Origin: Candidatus Fervidifonticultor quintus
GTDB lineage: Bacteria; Sysuimicrobiota; Sysuimicrobiia; Sysuimicrobiales; Humicultoraceae
Direction: 5' to 3'
Assembly: GCA_031459535.1 (NCBI GenBank)
Contig: JAVKIJ010000020.1
Location: 1-40,067 of the forward strand
DNA length: 40,067 nucleotides
Of the stretch, positions 36,398-40,067 are shown in pieces; within the stretch, counting starts at the first letter, position 1, and each line of letters opens with the position of its first letter. The position numbers and the translations under genes were made by a program. The notes below the pieces were generated by a model, which searched no databases, had not been told where the DNA came from, and was given only the letters and a program-made list of their open reading frames with translations.

Positions 36398-37637
36398 TGC
36401 CCGCAGCGGGCCTACCGCGCCTCCCCCGCGCCTTTGCCGCCCTGGGCCATAACGGATTCCGCATCTTCTGGGCTAGCATGTTCTTCTCCACGGCGGGCCT
36501 GCAGATGGACGTCGTCCTGCGCGCCTGGCTGGCCTTCCACCTGACTGGGTCGGGCCTGGCTCTGGGGACTGTCGTACTGGCGCGGGGACTGCCCCAGCTC
36601 GTCCTCCCGCTGCTCACCGGCGTGGCCGTCAACCGGGCCGACAAGCGAACGCTCCTCCTGCTGGCACAGTTCGCCTTCGGGGGCCTGGCGCTCCTGACCG
36701 CGGTCCTGGTCAACGCCGGGTGGATCGCGGTGTGGCACCTGGTCGTGATCGGGCTCCTCCAGGGGGCGGTGCTGTCGTTCAACGCGCCGCTCCGTCATGC
36801 CTACGTGGGAGGGCTCCTGAAGGGAGAGGCGCTGGCCAACGCGACCGCCCTGAACCTCACCCTGATCAACCTCAACACGGTCCTCGCGCCCCTCCTGGCG
36901 GGGATCTTCCTGGACCGCAGCCCTGCGCTGGCCTTCGCGGTCGTCACCGCGCTCTTCGCCATCGCCGGCCTCCGACTCACCGCCCTCCCACCGGCCCCGC
37001 CCGCCCCCTCACGGGGCCCCGTCATCGTCGAGATGCGGGAGGGCCTCCAGTACGTCGCCCGCCACCCCGGCCTGCGGGGACTGCTCGCGCTCCTGTTTCT
37101 GGGCGTGGCGCTGGGCTTACCCTTTCAGCAGTTCCTCCCAGTCTTTCAGGCCCGCGTGCTGCACGTGGGGGACGCGGCCCTGGGGGTGCTGTACGCCACC
37201 TTCGGCCTGGGATCGCTCGGCGGCTCTCTGCTCGTAGCGCAGCTCGCGGGCCATCCACGGCGGGGAGAGGTCCAGCTGGCGACCGGGATCCTGCTGGGCG
37301 TGGGGCTCATGGCTTTCGCCGTCACCCGGCACTACCTGACCGCCCTCCTCCTGCTCGTCCTCCTGGGAGTCGCGGGCCAAGCCTTCACGACCATGAACAG
37401 CGTCTTGATGATGCTCATCACTCCTCAGGAGCTGCAGTCTCGGGTGATGAGCCTCTCCTGATCGTCTGGTCTGCCATGCTCCTCTTGGCCTTCCCCCTCG
37501 GCGCACTCGTGGACCTGCTCGGCCCGATCCCCACCTTCACGGCCTCCGGAGGCGTACTCGCCCTCCTCCTGGGGAGTCTCTGGCGTCTCCAGCGCGGATC
37601 GGCGCTGCAGGAAGTGCTTGGCCGCTCGATCTCCTGA
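36397..37637 (+). pseudogene. MFS transporter interrupted by a frameshift near 37453-37461
   Basis: Multi-TM ORF 36397-37461 stops right after QSRVMSL; the last two hydrophobic helices (LIVWSAMLLLAFPLGALVD...) continue in another frame to 37637. Confidence 0.8.
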
Positions 37638-37720
37638 CGGGGGCGTCCTGCCCACCAGCGGGGGATGCCGGGCCTGGCCGTCCCCTCGGGGGTTCTGTGC
37701 TTCTCTACAGATTCGCGAGG

Positions 37721-38617
37721 CTACCCGCGGAGCTCGAGCAGGTCGGCGATGTTCACGGACGGCTGCGGGATCGGGCGAATCGCCCCCGCCCGCGAGGTGA
37801 GCAGGATGGTGACCCCCGTCCCAAACCCGGCACGCTGGCTGTCGCCTTCGGAGACGACTCCCACGCTCACGGCACCGCGGTGGTACCCGCTGTTGAAAGT
37901 AGCATCGCAGTCCTGAAAGGCCACGAGGTCGCCCAACCGCAGGTTGGCCAGGCCGAGGCGCTTGAGCAGGTCTGGCATGCCCGTCTGGATGTCCAGCACG
38001 CCCCCGTCGCTGGAGAGTCCGCTCCCCGCGCCCATCAGCTCCGGAGGGACCACCCCCACCACGGGGACGTCGAGCACCCCATCCCTTCCCCCGAGGCCCC
38101 AGGCGGCCAGCAAGCGTGGTGACAGATTCTTCGCCAGCACGTCCGGATGCTCGGGAAAGGCCAGGCCCACCCCGTGCGCCCGCACCAGGACGCGGTCGCC
38201 GATGGCCAGGCGCTCCAGGACGTCGGCCGCGAAGTAGATGATGACGTGCTCGGACCAGCGCCCGCTCTTCCCCGTGACGGTCCCCGTCGCCCCGCGAGCC
38301 TCCCCGGACATGACCACCGCCTCGTTGCCGACGCAGGCCAGGGTGTGCAGAGCGACGTGAGCCCCTTCCTCCCGGTGCGTGATCGAGACGCCCGGGTGGA
38401 CGTGCTCGGCCACCCACCCCAGCGCCGGGTCCCCCACGCGTACGTTGTAGACGATGCCACCCAGCGCCGGCACGATCCGCGGGCGGCCGTCCCGGGCGAT
38501 GACGTGCGGCATCGCCGGCAGGGCCGGCATGCGCGGGGCCGCGATCTCGCCGGCTACGGCGATCGCGATCAGACGGTCCAGGTTCGTGACGACGGCGGGG
38601 GCGGCCGGCGGGCTCAC
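37721..38617 (-). CDS. DUF4438 family protein
   Basis: TNLDRLIAIAV.GEI, GGIVYNVRVGD, HVHPGVS, ACVGNEA.V.SGEARG and LRLGDLVA motifs; GTGA overlap with the upstream paralog. Confidence 0.75.
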   Translation of the reverse strand: MSPPAAPAVVTNLDRLIAIAVAGEIAAPRMPALPAMPHVIARDGRPRIVPALGGIVYNVRVGDPALGWVAEHVHPGVSITHREEGAHVALHTLACVGNEAVVMSGEARGATGTVTGKSGRWSEHVIIYFAADVLERLAIGDRVLVRAHGVGLAFPEHPDVLAKNLSPRLLAAWGLGGRDGVLDVPVVGVVPPELMGAGSGLSSDGGVLDIQTGMPDLLKRLGLANLRLGDLVAFQDCDATFNSGYHRGAVSVGVVSEGDSQRAGFGTGVTILLTSRAGAIRPIPQPSVNIADLLELRG

Positions 38618-39477
38618 GCAAAGACTCCGGCGCCGAGGTAGCGGGCGATGTTGGCCCCCGGGTCGATGACCGGCTGGAGGTGGGGAGTGCGGCAGGAGAG
38701 GACCGTCATGCACCCCGGTCCGTGCCCGAGCTGCCAGGAGTTCCCATGGTTGATCACCCCGACGACCATCGCGCCCTCCCGGTATCCTCGACCGGTCCAG
38801 TGCTCGGCGTCCGTCACCGCAACCACGTCGCCCGTCCGCAGCGTCTCCAGCCCGAACGCCGCCACGGTGGCGGGGTCGTTGGAGCAGATGTCCTGGTCCA
38901 CGTACTCAGGGTTCAACTCCCAGCCCGAGCCCATGGTTCGGGAAGGCAGGATGTGGGTGACGGGCACACGCAGGACCCCCGCCCCGGCCGCCTCGATCCC
39001 CATCAGGTCGAGCAGCCGCGGGTCGAGCTTCCAGACGCGAATGTGGGGGTAGTCCAGCAGTTCAAGCCCCGTTCCCCAGGCCGTGATCTGCACCCGGTCG
39101 CCGGGACACATCCGCCGCATGTCATCCTCGGAGAAATCCAGGATAAAGCGGGCGTGCTCCCCCAGCACCCGTCCCCGTGCCCCTTTCGCCTCCCCCGAGA
39201 CGACTGTTGCGTCGTTCCCCAGGTTGGCGAGGTAGTGCAGCGCATGGTCCTCCTCCGGGTCGACGGCGTGAACGCACACCGCCGGTTCCAGGTGGTCACC
39301 GGCCCAGCCGAAGGCGGGACACCCCGGCCGGGCATTGTAGACGACGCCAGCCGTCCCTATGGGGATGAAGGGCTCGCCCGACGCCTTGAGCCGGTGCGGC
39401 CCGCGAGCCATGGTGGGCGGGGAGATGATGCCGCCGACCGCCATCTTGACGAGCCTGTCCCGATTCGTCCGCAGCAT
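38614..39477 (-). CDS. DUF4438 family protein
   Basis: MLRTNRDRLVKMAV, GWAGDHLEP, SGEAKG, LRTGDVVA and GHGPG motifs. Confidence 0.78.
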   Translation of the reverse strand: MLRTNRDRLVKMAVGGIISPPTMARGPHRLKASGEPFIPIGTAGVVYNARPGCPAFGWAGDHLEPAVCVHAVDPEEDHALHYLANLGNDATVVSGEAKGARGRVLGEHARFILDFSEDDMRRMCPGDRVQITAWGTGLELLDYPHIRVWKLDPRLLDLMGIEAAGAGVLRVPVTHILPSRTMGSGWELNPEYVDQDICSNDPATVAAFGLETLRTGDVVAVTDAEHWTGRGYREGAMVVGVINHGNSWQLGHGPGCMTVLSCRTPHLQPVIDPGANIARYLGAGVFA

Positions 39478-39689
39478 TGCACCTGCCCCTGGAAGCCAGG
39501 CCTGCGCGGGCTAGACAATCGAACGCCCCGTCGACCTGGCTGGCACATGCGGAGGTTCGCGCGGACGGCCCCGGCATCCTGCCGCATACTGCATGTCGCC
39601 GATGAACGCCAAGAGGGATCGTCCCGTCCTCGTGCGTATACTTTTCGGGAGACCCGGTGTGGGGAGAGGCGAGAGGCCCGATCGGCGCG

Positions 39690-40067
39690 ATGGAGGAGTC
39701 CCGTAAGGTCGCCTTCCTGATGCACAGCGTCCTCAACATGAACGTCCGGGCGCCCGGCATCGCCGTCCACCGCGGGCCCATCGAGGACCTCTACCACTTC
39801 CTGATGGACCGCGGGTTCGAGGTCGTCCAGATCCCCTGCCCCGAGACGACGTACGTGGGGCTCCGGCGCTGGTGGTTCACCAGGGAGCTCTACGACAGCG
39901 TGGGCTACCGACGGCACTGCCGCCGCCTGGCCGAGGCGGTCTGCGACCTGGCCGAGGCCTACCACCGGCAGGGCGCGCGGCTCTACTTCGTGGGCATGGG
40001 GCTCAGCCCCACCTGCGGGCTGCGCATGACGCAGTCGGATCCGGCCTGGGGCGGCAAGCCGTTCGAG
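39690..40067 (+). CDS. TudS/DUF523-related putative desulfidase (partial, runs off the window end)
   Basis: Hand translation MEESRKVAFLMHSVLNMN...QIPCPETTYVGLRR...YDSVGYRRHC...GLSPTCG; absent from the ORF track because no stop lies in the window; TATACT at 39637-39642 upstream. Confidence 0.72.
   Translation, partial: MEESRKVAFLMHSVLNMNVRAPGIAVHRGPIEDLYHFLMDRGFEVVQIPCPETTYVGLRRWWFTRELYDSVGYRRHCRRLAEAVCDLAEAYHRQGARLYFVGMGLSPTCGLRMTQSDPAWGGKPFE

Noticed and set aside
39636-39642. Third copy of the operator motif (GTATAC)
   Set aside because: Only the core is present without the 11-bp-spaced ATAC units; it is explained more simply as a TATACT -10 element.
45-40067. Region as an ssrA-integrated genomic island
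   Set aside because: Such islands lie 3' of ssrA, but this region is on its 5' side; no integrase and no duplicated ssrA 3' end were seen.
1-40067. CRISPR arrays, IS elements, prophage or anti-phage defence genes
   Set aside because: No regularly spaced repeats and no transposase, phage or nuclease motifs recognised; nearly all sequence is accounted for by metabolic genes.

Overview
High-GC bacterial chromosomal window. It opens with a complete tmRNA gene (ssrA, minus strand, 45-391; tag ANTNYALAA). The rest is a ~39 kb gene-dense catabolic region of amide/peptide hydrolases, epimerase-type enzymes, PLP enzymes, dehydrogenases and two ATPase-less Dpp/Opp-type ABC modules. Layout: a long plus-strand run (532-25391, includes a GntR/FadR regulator); a minus-strand run (33145 down to 25422) interrupted by a three-gene plus-strand block; a plus-strand amidohydrolase-MmgE/PrpD-MFS unit; and two tandem DUF4438 genes divergent from a partial TudS-like gene. 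Main observations: (1) block 26483-29117 looks inverted almost exactly at its gene boundaries, since flipping it restores a collinear operon and gives the SDR a Shine-Dalgarno; (2) an ATAC-N7-ATAC-N5-GTATACA motif is shared by the two promoters that point into the region; (3) many enzymes occur as paralog pairs, two of them an intact enzyme plus an adjacent catalytically degenerate copy; (4) a lower-GC dppA/ABC cassette begins at the remnant of a fourth M14 paralog; (5) the MFS gene is frameshifted. Family calls come from motif recognition by eye; no searches were run and the substrate is unknown.
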